Shown here: positions 37,111 to 45,672 of the stretch, piece by piece
How the letters are laid out: each line of letters starts with the position of its first letter
How positions within the stretch are numbered: the first letter of the stretch is position 1
Assembly (NCBI GenBank): GCA_964541945.1
Contig: CAZISE010000016.1
Coordinates: 20,484-84,483 of the forward strand
Length of the DNA stretch: 64,000 nt
Source of the DNA: an uncultured Verrucomicrobiota bacterium
GTDB taxonomy: Bacteria; Verrucomicrobiota; Verrucomicrobiia; Palsa-1439
Direction: 5' to 3'
Position numbers and translations under genes: made by a program
The notes under the pieces: generated by a model
Seen by the model: the letters and a program-made list of their open reading frames with translations, nothing else
The model's database searches: none
Told to the model about the DNA's origin: nothing

Positions 37111-38775
37111 TCAGAACTGGGCGCCCACGTAGCGTTTTTTCAGCCGGTTACGAATGTAAATGGCGCTGAGATTCAACAGCGCAATCAGCAAAATCAACAG
37201 CAGCGTCGTCGTAAACACCATCGGCTTGGCCGCCTCGCTGTTGGGCGATTGGAACCCGACATCGTAGATGTGGAAGCCGAGGTGCATAAAGCTGCGGTTC
37301 AGATGCAGGAACGGGAAATGACCGTCCACCGGCAGTTCCGGCGCGAGTTTGACCACGCCGGTAATCATCAACGGCGCCACCTCGCCGGCGCCACGAGCCA
37401 TGGCCAGGATCAAGCCGGTCATCACACCGGGCATGGCGCGCGGCAACACGATGCGCTTGATCGTCTGCCATTTACTGGCGCCGCAGGCGTAACTGCCTTC
37501 GCGCATGGAACTCGGCACGGCGGCCAGCGCTTCTTCCGTCGCCACGATCACCACCGGCACGGTCAACAACGCCAGCGTCAGCGATGCCCAGATAATACCG
37601 CCGGTGCCGTAGGTCGGCGACGGCAGGCGTTCGGGAAAAAACAGCGCGTCCATCGTGCCGCCAACCACGTAGCAGAAGAAACCGAGGCCGAACACGCCAA
37701 AGACGATGCTCGGCACGCCGGCGAGGTTGTTGACGGCGATGCGGACGGCGCTGAGCAACGGTCCTTGTTTGGCGTATTCGCGCAAATAGAGCGCGGCGAT
37801 CACGCCGAACGGCGCGACCGAAAACGACATGATCAGGGTCATCATCACCGTTCCGAAAATGGCCGGCAACACGCCACCCTCGGTGTTGGCTTCGCGCGGT
37901 TCGCTGGTCAGAAACTCCCGCCACCGGCTCAGGTACACCCCGGCGCGCTGGAGAAAATTGAGATCGTTGGCGGGATAGGCGCGGACGATCTCGGAAAACT
38001 TCAACTCTTTCGTCCGCCCGCCGACTTCCCGCACTTCGACGGTGTAACGGGCGTCCTCAGCGCGGATGGCAGCCACTTTCGCGCCGAGCTTGTCGTATTC
38101 CGCGCGCAACGCTTCCTCGCGCTGTTTCGCCTCGACCACGGCGCGGGTATATTCGGGAGAGTCTTTACCGTGTTTGAGTTCGACCTTGCGAACGGTGAGT
38201 CGCAACTGTTCGAGGGTGCGGTTGACCTCGCCGATTTCCGTTTTCTCGATGCGTTTGATCCGACGGAACCGGTCACGTGCCGGCTCGTGCAGTTGGGCAA
38301 ACGAGTTCGTCGTGGGTCTGCCGTCCACGCGGATTTCTTTGATGAAGCCGACGAACACACCCCATTCCTGCCGCTCAAACAGCCAGGCGCCGGTCGGGGT
38401 TTCGCGCCGGGCAATGTCGTGGTCGTTGATCCATTTGAAGTGGTCGCCGTAGAGGTCAAAGTTGCCGGTGCGCAACAGGCGACGGCGGGCGACACGGCCT
38501 TCGCGCTGGAAGGCCTCGGTGCGGGCAATTTCTCCGAGAAACGTCTGACCATCGCGTGTGGTGATCTTGACGATCCGTTTCGGCCAGAAGGTGAGCGTAC
38601 CCTTCACCACCACCAACAACAGCAGCCCGGCAATCATTAACGTCGCCACGGCCAGCCCGCCGCCGGTCAGCCAGATCATGGGTTCGCCACGCGCTCGCCG
38701 GGAGGTGCGCCGTTCGCGGCGCATCTTGGCCGGCGGGGACGGGTTGGTAAAGATGCCGCGAATCGCGAGGCTCAT
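37111..38775 (-). CDS. pstA: long-form phosphate ABC transporter permease PstA (554 aa)
   Basis: The C-terminal ~280 aa are a PstA permease core (NNLAGVPSIVFGVFGLG, TEEALAAVPSSMREGSYACGASKWQTI). The N-terminal ~270 aa are one TM helix plus a soluble coiled-coil-rich insertion. ATG 38775 chosen (GGAGG 8 nt upstream). Confidence 0.85.
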   Translation of the reverse strand: MSLAIRGIFTNPSPPAKMRRERRTSRRARGEPMIWLTGGGLAVATLMIAGLLLLVVVKGTLTFWPKRIVKITTRDGQTFLGEIARTEAFQREGRVARRRLLRTGNFDLYGDHFKWINDHDIARRETPTGAWLFERQEWGVFVGFIKEIRVDGRPTTNSFAQLHEPARDRFRRIKRIEKTEIGEVNRTLEQLRLTVRKVELKHGKDSPEYTRAVVEAKQREEALRAEYDKLGAKVAAIRAEDARYTVEVREVGGRTKELKFSEIVRAYPANDLNFLQRAGVYLSRWREFLTSEPREANTEGGVLPAIFGTVMMTLIMSFSVAPFGVIAALYLREYAKQGPLLSAVRIAVNNLAGVPSIVFGVFGLGFFCYVVGGTMDALFFPERLPSPTYGTGGIIWASLTLALLTVPVVIVATEEALAAVPSSMREGSYACGASKWQTIKRIVLPRAMPGVMTGLILAMARGAGEVAPLMITGVVKLAPELPVDGHFPFLHLNRSFMHLGFHIYDVGFQSPNSEAAKPMVFTTTLLLILLIALLNLSAIYIRNRLKKRYVGAQF

Positions 38776-38785
38776 ACAAACGGCC

Positions 38786-38930
38786 TCCAAATCCGAATGC
38801 CGAAGCGCAAACCACGAAACAAATCCGAATGCCCAAAATCCCAAGTCCCAAACAACCGCACCGCCGCCCCGTTTCGGCATTCGAATTTCGCGCTTGTTTC
38901 GCGCTTCGGATTTCGTGCTGCGAATTTCAT
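38786..38930. repeat. repeat-rich intercistronic element between long pstC and long pstA
   Basis: Direct copies of AAATCCGAATGCC at 38789-38801 and 38821-38833. Inverted copies at GGCATTCGAATTT (38876-38888), CTTCGGATTT (38904-38913) and GCGAATTT (38920-38927). CCGAAGCGC (38800-38808) is complementary to GCGCTTCGG (38901-38909). Together these can form a long imperfect hairpin around a C-rich ~40-nt loop. Confidence 0.6.
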
Positions 38931-41242
38931 AACTGGAATGCCCTCTTGCGGAACCGCTGTCGGATCACCTCGGCTGCGGTGTTGAGAAGGAAGGTCATCA
39001 CAAACAACGTCAGCGCCGCCAGAAACAGCATCCGATACAGCGTGCTGTCTTTCACGGCCTCCGGCAGTTCGACGGCGATGTTGGCCGAGAGTGCCCGCAG
39101 GCCGTTAAAAATGTTCCAGTCCATCAGTGGCGTGTTGCCGGCGGCCATGACGACAATCATCGTTTCGCCAACCGCCCGCCCCAGGCCGATCATGCACGCG
39201 GAAAAGATACCGGACATTGCCACCGGCACGATCACGCGGATGGCTGTCTGCCACGGCGTGGCACCACAGGCAAGCGAGGCCGACCGCAAATGCTCCGGCA
39301 CGCTGGACAGGGCATCCTCGGAAATCGTGTAGATGATCGGGATGACCGCAAACCCCATCACGAAACCGACCACGAGCGTGTTGCGTTGCACATAAGGACC
39401 GATGCGGGCGTTGAGCCATGCTTTGAAATCGCCGGCAAACAGGACCGTTTCAACCGGCCCGCTCAACACGACGGCCAGCCAGACCGCGACCGGTGCAAGC
39501 GCCAACACCAGGAGGAACTGCGCCCCGCCGGGCACACGCGCCCGCCAGCGGGCCGGCAACCATTGCCACGAAAAACCGCCCGCCAACAACACGCACGGGA
39601 GAAACGCGAACGTCAACAGCACCGCCACGATCCAGTTTTCCACCACCGGGGCGAGCACCAGCGCGGCAATGAATCCGAGCACGACGCTCGGCAGTGAGGC
39701 CATCGTTTCGATGGCGGATTTGATCGGCGCCCGTAGGCGCGGGTCAAGGAATTGCGACGTGTAAATCGCTCCGAGCAACGCGATCGGCACGGCGAACAGC
39801 ATCGAGTAAATCGTCGCTTTCAACGTGCCGAACACGAGCGGCACGAGCGAGAATTTCGGCTCAAAATCGTCGTTGGCCGACGACGATTGCCAGGTGTAGT
39901 CCGGGTGGTCATAGCCTTCGTACCAGACCTTGCCGAAGATCGTGCCCCATGTCGTTTCCGGGTGCGGATTGCGAACGTTCCAGCGATACGCTCGCCCGTC
40001 CGCATCGAGCGCAAACAGGCCGTCGCCCTTGGGCGTGAGATGAACCGCCACGACCCGGTCGGACGCGACCGTCGGGCGCGCCGGGGTTGTTTCTCCTTCA
40101 CGGACGCCCCGTCGGTTTGTTGTCACCTTTCCCAACACCTGCCGGCTGGTCATGTGGCGCAACCAAATTTCGCCGTTGACGGCACCGGTCACGAGGCATT
40201 TGTCGCGGGTGGACATGTCGGCGGCGCTGACGGCGGCGGTGTGCGCATCGAGTTTGTGTGCCGCAACCAGACGATAGCCGTCGGCCGTGCCCGATTCGGG
40301 ACGATGGACGCGGAACCAGGCGGTCACGCCGCCGTGGGAATCGCCGGCAATCACGGATTGATCGCCGAACATGAACTGAAGCCGGGTCAGTTCGATGCCG
40401 GGCGTTGGCGTGAAATCGGCGGTCTCGGCAATGACCGGCGCGGCGATGTCGCGCAGGTCGTAGCGTTGCACGGTGCCGTCGCGCCAAGCGAGATAAACCT
40501 GGTCGCCCTGTGTGTTTTGTAGAAGGTAATCGGGCAGATCGGCTCGTCCGGCAGGCGGACGGTAGGGCAGGTCGTGTTTGGTGAGTTTGGTGGTGATTTT
40601 GCCGGTGAGGATGTTTTCGCGATGGGTAACCTCGTCCCAAAAGAGTTCGCCATTGGCCTTGAGTACAGTGAGCACCGAACGATTGTCGCTGGGTTTGTAA
40701 TCGAGCCGGTGAACGGCCACGCCCGGTTTGCCGACCAACAGCGGGTCTTCAAGCGCGGCTTCCACGCCGTCGGCGGTGAACCGCAGGCGGCCAAGTCGGA
40801 CGGTGCCGTCGGCGAATCCGAGCGCGATGTGACCGCCGCGCAAGGTGCGGGCAAACGCCGTGATGCCGGTGGCGAGGAGTTGTTCGGAGACAATTTTGCC
40901 GGTGGGCGCGTCAAAAACGGTGAGTCGGCCCTGTCGGTCAAGGACGAATCCGTGTTGTTGATGTTCATCGAGCTGAACGGCCCAAAGTTGGTTGGCCCGG
41001 TCGGGGTCGAGCAGCCGGTAGCTGCCGGCGGCGGTAATTTGGGCCCCGCGAAAGAGCGGGACGACAACCGAGACGAGATAGACGAGGATGCCAATGACCG
41101 CCACGATGACCATAATGCCGCCGGTGGTGATGCCCCAAGTGGTCAGTTTGTCCACAACGCGGACGGCCCGGCTGGTTTGCCGGGCGCGCGGGCGGGCCAT
41201 CGGCGCGGCGGGCGGCGGGGTTGTTTCAGTGGCGGCTGGCAT
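38927..41242 (-). CDS. pstC: long-form phosphate ABC transporter permease PstC (771 aa) with a large N-terminal repeat-containing extracytoplasmic domain
   Basis: The C-terminal ~300 aa are a PstC core (ISEDALSSVPEHLRSASLACGATPWQTAI). After one TM helix (WGITTGGIMVIVAVIGILVYLV) come ~430 aa with recurring beta-propeller-like blades (GFADGTVRLGRL, WRDGTVQRYDL, GDSHGGVTAWFRV, GAVNGEIWLRHM, LDADGRAYRWNV). Confidence 0.85.
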   Translation of the reverse strand: MPAATETTPPPAAPMARPRARQTSRAVRVVDKLTTWGITTGGIMVIVAVIGILVYLVSVVVPLFRGAQITAAGSYRLLDPDRANQLWAVQLDEHQQHGFVLDRQGRLTVFDAPTGKIVSEQLLATGITAFARTLRGGHIALGFADGTVRLGRLRFTADGVEAALEDPLLVGKPGVAVHRLDYKPSDNRSVLTVLKANGELFWDEVTHRENILTGKITTKLTKHDLPYRPPAGRADLPDYLLQNTQGDQVYLAWRDGTVQRYDLRDIAAPVIAETADFTPTPGIELTRLQFMFGDQSVIAGDSHGGVTAWFRVHRPESGTADGYRLVAAHKLDAHTAAVSAADMSTRDKCLVTGAVNGEIWLRHMTSRQVLGKVTTNRRGVREGETTPARPTVASDRVVAVHLTPKGDGLFALDADGRAYRWNVRNPHPETTWGTIFGKVWYEGYDHPDYTWQSSSANDDFEPKFSLVPLVFGTLKATIYSMLFAVPIALLGAIYTSQFLDPRLRAPIKSAIETMASLPSVVLGFIAALVLAPVVENWIVAVLLTFAFLPCVLLAGGFSWQWLPARWRARVPGGAQFLLVLALAPVAVWLAVVLSGPVETVLFAGDFKAWLNARIGPYVQRNTLVVGFVMGFAVIPIIYTISEDALSSVPEHLRSASLACGATPWQTAIRVIVPVAMSGIFSACMIGLGRAVGETMIVVMAAGNTPLMDWNIFNGLRALSANIAVELPEAVKDSTLYRMLFLAALTLFVMTFLLNTAAEVIRQRFRKRAFQL

Positions 41243-41292
41243 GGGGAATTGTCATGGGTGTGTGTTGGAAAATGGCAGGGCGCGAAGCCTGT

Positions 41293-41352
41293 CGTGTCGG
41301 TTTCGCGCCGTTCCCCTCTCCATCCCGCGGCGCGATACCCCGAAACGACACG
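41293..41352 (-). promoter_or_regulatory. intercistronic stem-loop between pstS and long pstC
   Basis: CGTGTCGGTTTCGCGCCG (41293-41310) pairs with CGGCGCG..CCGAAACGACACG (41328-41352), with one bulge and one internal loop. It lies in the 150-nt pstS-pstC gap. Confidence 0.5.
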
Positions 41353-41392
41353 GGGCATCGCGCCCGACAACAGAAACGGGAGATGGACGGAG

Positions 41393-42379
41393 TTATTTTA
41401 ATCCGAGTTTGCGTCTTTCCTCCATGATGATGGTGCCGGGAATGGGTAGGTAACCGTCTTTGATAACGACTTCCTGGCCTTCTTTGCTGAGCACGAAGCG
41501 AAGGAACTCGGCGCGGAGCGGGTCGAGTTTTTCGCCGGGTTTTTTGTTGACGTAGAGCAACAGGTAACGAGCGAGCGGGTAGTCGCCGCTATAGACGTTT
41601 TCCATGTTGCCCTCGTAGGCGGGTTCGCCTTCTTTGGCGGCCAGCGGCACGGCCCGGACGTCGGCGGTTTTGTAGCCGATGCCGGAGTAACCGATGCCGT
41701 ATTTGTCGGAGGCGACACCCTGGACGACGGAGCTGGAGCCGGGTTGTTCTTTGACGGTGTCCTTGTAGTCGCCTTTGAACAGGGCGTGTTCTTTGAAGTA
41801 GCCGTAGGTACCGGAGGCGGAGTTGCGGCCGTAGAGGCTGATTGGTTTGTCGGCCCATTCGCCAGTGAGACCGAGGTCGCCCCAGGTTTTGATGTCGGTC
41901 TTGTAGCCGCCGCGGCGTGTCTTGGAGAAGATCGCGTCCACCTGCGGCAATGTCAGGCTCTGGATCGGATTGTCTTTGTGGACATAGACCGCCAGCGCGT
42001 CAAAGGAGGTGCGGACGGCGGCGGGTTTGTAGCCGAATTTCTTTTCGAAGGCGTCGAGTTCGGCGTCTTTCATGGGTCGGGACATCGGGCCGAAGTGAGC
42101 GGTGCCGCTGACCAGCGCGGGCGGGGCGGTGCCGGAGCCTTTGCCTTCGATTTCGATTTTGACGTTGGGATAATGTTTTTTGAAGCCTTCGGCCCAGAGA
42201 GCCATGAGGTTGTTCATGGTATCGGAGCCGATGCTTTTGAGGTTGCCGGACACGCCGCTGGTGGGCGTGTAGGCGGGAATGGTCGGGTCCACCTGAACGG
42301 CGTCGGCGTGGGCGCTGTGCGCTGCCAGCAAGAGGGCCGCCAGGGTGGCGAGGGCGGTTGTGAGTTTTGTGTTTTTCAT
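41393..42379 (-). CDS. pstS: phosphate-binding protein PstS (second copy)
   Basis: Signal peptide ...AHSAHA, then [49 protein letters not shown]. Confidence 0.9.
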   Translation of the reverse strand: MKNTKLTTALATLAALLLAAHSAHADAVQVDPTIPAYTPTSGVSGNLKSIGSDTMNNLMALWAEGFKKHYPNVKIEIEGKGSGTAPPALVSGTAHFGPMSRPMKDAELDAFEKKFGYKPAAVRTSFDALAVYVHKDNPIQSLTLPQVDAIFSKTRRGGYKTDIKTWGDLGLTGEWADKPISLYGRNSASGTYGYFKEHALFKGDYKDTVKEQPGSSSVVQGVASDKYGIGYSGIGYKTADVRAVPLAAKEGEPAYEGNMENVYSGDYPLARYLLLYVNKKPGEKLDPLRAEFLRFVLSKEGQEVVIKDGYLPIPGTIIMEERRKLGLK

Positions 42380-42414
42380 GGCTTTTCCTTGTTGATTGTT
42401 TATCGGGTTGGTTT

Positions 42415-42453
42415 GTTACGAATTGGTGTCAACGTGGTTTCGGTTGGGTGAAT
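42415..42453 (-). promoter_or_regulatory. candidate Pho-box-like phased hexamers upstream of the second pstS
   Basis: In sense orientation: ATTCAC, CGAAAC, TGACAC, CGTAAC, with starts exactly 11 nt apart (plus-strand 42448-42453, 42437-42442, 42426-42431, 42415-42420). The last ends 36 nt before ATG 42379. Matches to TGTCAC are 4/6, 3/6, 5/6 and 4/6. Confidence 0.4.
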
Positions 42454-42461
42454 TTTGGGTG

Positions 42462-42495
42462 CTTGCCCCGGCGGCGTCGTGGTCGCCGGGGCAAG
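42462..42495 (-). terminator. GC-rich hairpin just after the porin gene (terminator/attenuator candidate; no U-tract)
   Basis: Perfect 12-bp inverted repeat CTTGCCCCGGCG (42462-42473) / CGCCGGGGCAAG (42484-42495) with a 10-nt loop, 17 nt downstream of the porin stop. It is not followed by a T-run in the minus sense. Confidence 0.5.
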
Positions 42496-42511
42496 AGGTC
42501 AGGAGGACACC

Positions 42512-43900
42512 CTAGAATTTGAACGAGGAATCCACCTGGAGGCGGAGCATGTCCTGTCCGTGGTCGGCGCCGATGCCGCCGACGGTGTTGTGGCCGCTGT
42601 TGGGGCGTTGACTGATTTTCTCGGTGAGGAAGACGGTACAGGCCAGTTGCCACCAATCGGTCATGTTATAGACTCCCTTGATGATGTGGCCTTTGCGGTC
42701 GGTGCCGCCGGTGCCCCAGTCGGAGTCAGTGAGGGCATCCCAAACAGCGTCGGCTTCGAGATGTTTGTACTGGTAGGAGACCTGCCATTGGCCTTTTTTC
42801 TTGGCTTCGCCGAAGGCGAGTTGGACGGTCCAGCCCAGGGTCTGGTTTTTGTCCAGCGTCTGGGCGGAGCCGATGAGGGTGTCGTATTCGTTTTTGATGT
42901 TGCAATCCACTTCGCCGCCGAGGGTCAGGACGGGCGGGGTGCCGAGGAACGGTTGTTCTCGGATGACGTAGGCGATTTCGCCGCGGCCATAAACGACACG
43001 GAAGTCGGCGAGCCAGTTGTTGGTGCTGGAGCCGGAGCCGTTGGCGTTGCCCGTGTTGGGGCTGTCGCCGTAGGTGTAGGAGCTGTTGCTGAGGTTGTGG
43101 GTAAAGAAGTATCCGCCGGCGGCGGTAAGTTTGAGTTTTGGTTTTTTGGGAAGATCGCCGCCGAAGCCGGCCTGGAAGCCGCCTTGCAGGTCAAAGAGGT
43201 AGGGATCGCGGGAGTTGCCACTGACTTCTTTGAGGACGAACTGGCCAAATTGCCCGAAGAGACGGTACTGGCTGCGGTCGCCGAAATCGTATTCCAGCAC
43301 TTCTCCCGCGCCTTCGGGTGTCACGTCAAAGTCATAGATCATGGGCGAGTTGAATTTGGGTTGCCAGATGGGATTGTCCATTTTACCGCCCATGAGTTTG
43401 AGCCATTTCCAGTGTGGCGGTTGGATGGTTACGTATGCCGCGTCAATGGTGAGCGGTTTCTTTTTGAAGGTATCGGTGAAACTTTGGTTGGTGCTGACGG
43501 GATCACCCGGCGAGGCTTCGCCGCTGGCCAGTCGCAAGGTCACCTTGGCCCACTCCTGATACTCGAAGTCCATTTGCAGACGCAGACGGTACCGGAAACG
43601 AAGTCGGTCGGCGGAGTTGCGGTAGTCCTCAAAAATAAAGTCCTCGGCGCGGAGACGGAAGTCGCCGGAAAACTTTACGGCATCCAGCCAACTGGAGAAT
43701 TTGCCCTTGTTGGCGCGTTCCATGGCGCGCGCCAGGTCGGCGTCCACTTCTTTTTTCAGTTCTTTCACTTCCTGTTCGGTGACGATGCCCTTACGCAGCA
43801 GCAGGTCCAGGATGGCGTCGGCGCCCTGGGAGCGGGCCGTCTGCGCGCTTCCCAACGCCAGCAGAACTGCCAGCGTCGTGAGGATGAGACGTTGTTTCAT
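42512..43900 (-). CDS. outer-membrane porin, phosphate-selective OprO/OprP-like
   Basis: Signal peptide, an N-terminal coiled segment (ILDLLLRKGIVTEQEVKELKKE), then alternating beta-strand pattern ending in ...LRLQVDSSFKF (C-terminal Phe). Its position at the head of a pst operon supports the call. The family call is from memory. Confidence 0.6.
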   Translation of the reverse strand: MKQRLILTTLAVLLALGSAQTARSQGADAILDLLLRKGIVTEQEVKELKKEVDADLARAMERANKGKFSSWLDAVKFSGDFRLRAEDFIFEDYRNSADRLRFRYRLRLQMDFEYQEWAKVTLRLASGEASPGDPVSTNQSFTDTFKKKPLTIDAAYVTIQPPHWKWLKLMGGKMDNPIWQPKFNSPMIYDFDVTPEGAGEVLEYDFGDRSQYRLFGQFGQFVLKEVSGNSRDPYLFDLQGGFQAGFGGDLPKKPKLKLTAAGGYFFTHNLSNSSYTYGDSPNTGNANGSGSSTNNWLADFRVVYGRGEIAYVIREQPFLGTPPVLTLGGEVDCNIKNEYDTLIGSAQTLDKNQTLGWTVQLAFGEAKKKGQWQVSYQYKHLEADAVWDALTDSDWGTGGTDRKGHIIKGVYNMTDWWQLACTVFLTEKISQRPNSGHNTVGGIGADHGQDMLRLQVDSSFKF

Positions 43901-43987
43901 TGGTTCTGACTTCTCCTATGCGTTGTGGTCTGCGCAAGGCAGACCGTGGTTTCGTGGTTGCGTTGTAGGCGTTATTTGCGGGACGAA

Positions 43988-44026
43988 CGTGACAGCCAAA
44001 GGACGGAATTGTTACGAAATCGTGAA
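43988..44026 (-). promoter_or_regulatory. candidate Pho-box-like phased hexamers upstream of the porin gene
   Basis: Plus strand: GTGACA (43988), AGGACG (43999), GTTACG (44010), GTGAAG (44021). In sense order this is CTTCAC-CGTAAC-CGTCCT-TGTCAC at 11-bp phasing, ending 87 nt before ATG 43900. Confidence 0.45.
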
Positions 44027-44077
44027 GATGCGAACGCGCTCGCGGGACGCCAAGGGCAACGAAAAGGCGCGAAACAG

Positions 44078-44686
44078 TTACCGCGCAGGAACCGTCTTGT
44101 CGTTGAGAAGATCGAATTCGACCGGGCAGGCAAACACCGCCTCAAACAGGCCGCGCTTGCGGGAGGCGCCCTCGATGTGCAGCCCGGCCTCAGCGGTGGC
44201 GCGGACACGAATAAGGACGTGCCGGTCGGTGATTTGGCAGGCAATCGCGCTCACCCATTGCAGGTGTGGCCGGTCCAGGCCGTCGGCCAGGCGCAACAAC
44301 GCCGCCAGCTTCTGAATGCGACGCCGGGTTGGTTCGGGCTGAGCGGCGAAATCCTCGTGTTCGACGGATGGCTCGGATTTGCGATGATACCGCGCCACGA
44401 GCGCGAGTTGTTCGATTTCTGACGGGTTGAAACCGGGCAGTTTGGCGGCGTTGAGACGGATCAGGTCGGCGCTGTGTTTGTGGTGTTTCTTGCCGGTGAC
44501 AGTCCAACCGATATCGTGAAGCAGGGCGGCGGCTTCGAGGAGGTCGCGCTCGGGGGCGCCAAGCTGATGGAGCGGCTGAAGCTGGTCGAACAACGCGAGC
44601 GCCAGGTCGCGCACTTTGCGGGCGTGTTCGATTTCCCAGCCGTAGGCCGCCAGCAATTGTTCGGCTGCCGCAATGCGCGGGTTCAT
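44078..44686 (-). CDS. stand-alone HD-domain protein resembling the C-terminal half of Ppx/GppA
   Basis: LLHDIGW......HHKHS..LI and LALVARYHRK....D plus LLRLADGLD, which is the HD region pattern of Ppx/GppA phosphatases. There is no N-terminal actin-like domain. The start overlaps the ROK stop (ATGA 44683-44686). Confidence 0.7.
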   Translation of the reverse strand: MNPRIAAAEQLLAAYGWEIEHARKVRDLALALFDQLQPLHQLGAPERDLLEAAALLHDIGWTVTGKKHHKHSADLIRLNAAKLPGFNPSEIEQLALVARYHRKSEPSVEHEDFAAQPEPTRRRIQKLAALLRLADGLDRPHLQWVSAIACQITDRHVLIRVRATAEAGLHIEGASRKRGLFEAVFACPVEFDLLNDKTVPAR

Positions 44687-45672
44687 TGAGCCAGGGTGCG
44701 CGCCGCCAGGGCGCCGCCGAGGACGCCGGCATCGTCACCAAGACCGCTGTCGAGGATGCGAACGCGCTCATCGGTGGCGCCGATGACGTGCGACCATGCA
44801 GCCCGGCGAATACGCGGCAACATTTTCTTGCCCAACGCCTCGATGAGGCCGCCGCCGAGGATGACGGCTTGCGGGTTCAAGACGTTGATGAGATTGGCGG
44901 CGCCGATGCCGATGTAGTGGCAGGCGTCGTCCACGATTTCCCGCACCAGTTTGTCGCCCTCCAAATAGGCTTCGGCAATGATGCGGCTCCGAATCCGTCG
45001 CGTGTCGCCATCGCAGAGGTCGCGCACGACGCTCTTGCGGCCGTTGTTCATTTCCTCGATGACACGCCGCACAATGGCGCCGCGGCTGGCCACGGCCTCC
45101 AAACACCCGCGGTTGCCGCAGCCGCATTTCGGGCCGCCCTGGGCAATGACGGCCATGTGCCCGATTTCGCCGCCCATGCCGGCAGAGCCGCGATATTGTC
45201 GTCCGCCGATGACGATGCCGCCACCGATGCCGGTGCCGATGAACATGCAGACGAAATCCTGCAACCGGCGTCCCGCGCCGAACTGTTGAACGGCCATGGT
45301 GCCGGCCTGCACGTCGTTGACGACGACCACGGGGATGTGGATACGAGCTTTCAGGAGGCGGGCAAACGGGAACTCTTGCCAGCGAAGATTTGGGGCCACG
45401 CGGACGATGCCGGTGCGGGTGTTGACCATGCCGGGGATGCCGACGCCAACAGCAGCAACGGCGGCGTGCGGTACGGCGGCCAGCGCGAGGGCTTCGTTGA
45501 GGCACTCGGCGATGCGGCTGACGACCGCTTCGGGGCCGAGGTCGGGTTTGGTGGATTTTTTCTCGCGGGCGAGGATGCGATATTGGGCGTCAAAGACGGC
45601 CGCAAGAATCTTGGTGCCGCCGAGGTCCACGCCGACGGCAAACGTTTTTTCGTCGGATCGTTTCATCACCAT
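44683..45672 (-). CDS. ROK-family sugar kinase (glucokinase-like)
   Basis: VGVDLGGTKI, GIGIPG, NDV.AG, GTGIGGGIV, and the zinc motif GHM......GP.CGCGN.GCLE. Confidence 0.85.
   Translation of the reverse strand: MVMKRSDEKTFAVGVDLGGTKILAAVFDAQYRILAREKKSTKPDLGPEAVVSRIAECLNEALALAAVPHAAVAAVGVGIPGMVNTRTGIVRVAPNLRWQEFPFARLLKARIHIPVVVVNDVQAGTMAVQQFGAGRRLQDFVCMFIGTGIGGGIVIGGRQYRGSAGMGGEIGHMAVIAQGGPKCGCGNRGCLEAVASRGAIVRRVIEEMNNGRKSVVRDLCDGDTRRIRSRIIAEAYLEGDKLVREIVDDACHYIGIGAANLINVLNPQAVILGGGLIEALGKKMLPRIRRAAWSHVIGATDERVRILDSGLGDDAGVLGGALAARTLAQ

Noticed and set aside
42380-42460. TTGACA (sense orientation, plus-strand 42427-42432) as a sigma-70 -35 element for the second pstS.
   Set aside because: No acceptable -10 hexamer lies 16-18 nt downstream. 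The same bases fit the phased hexamer array better.
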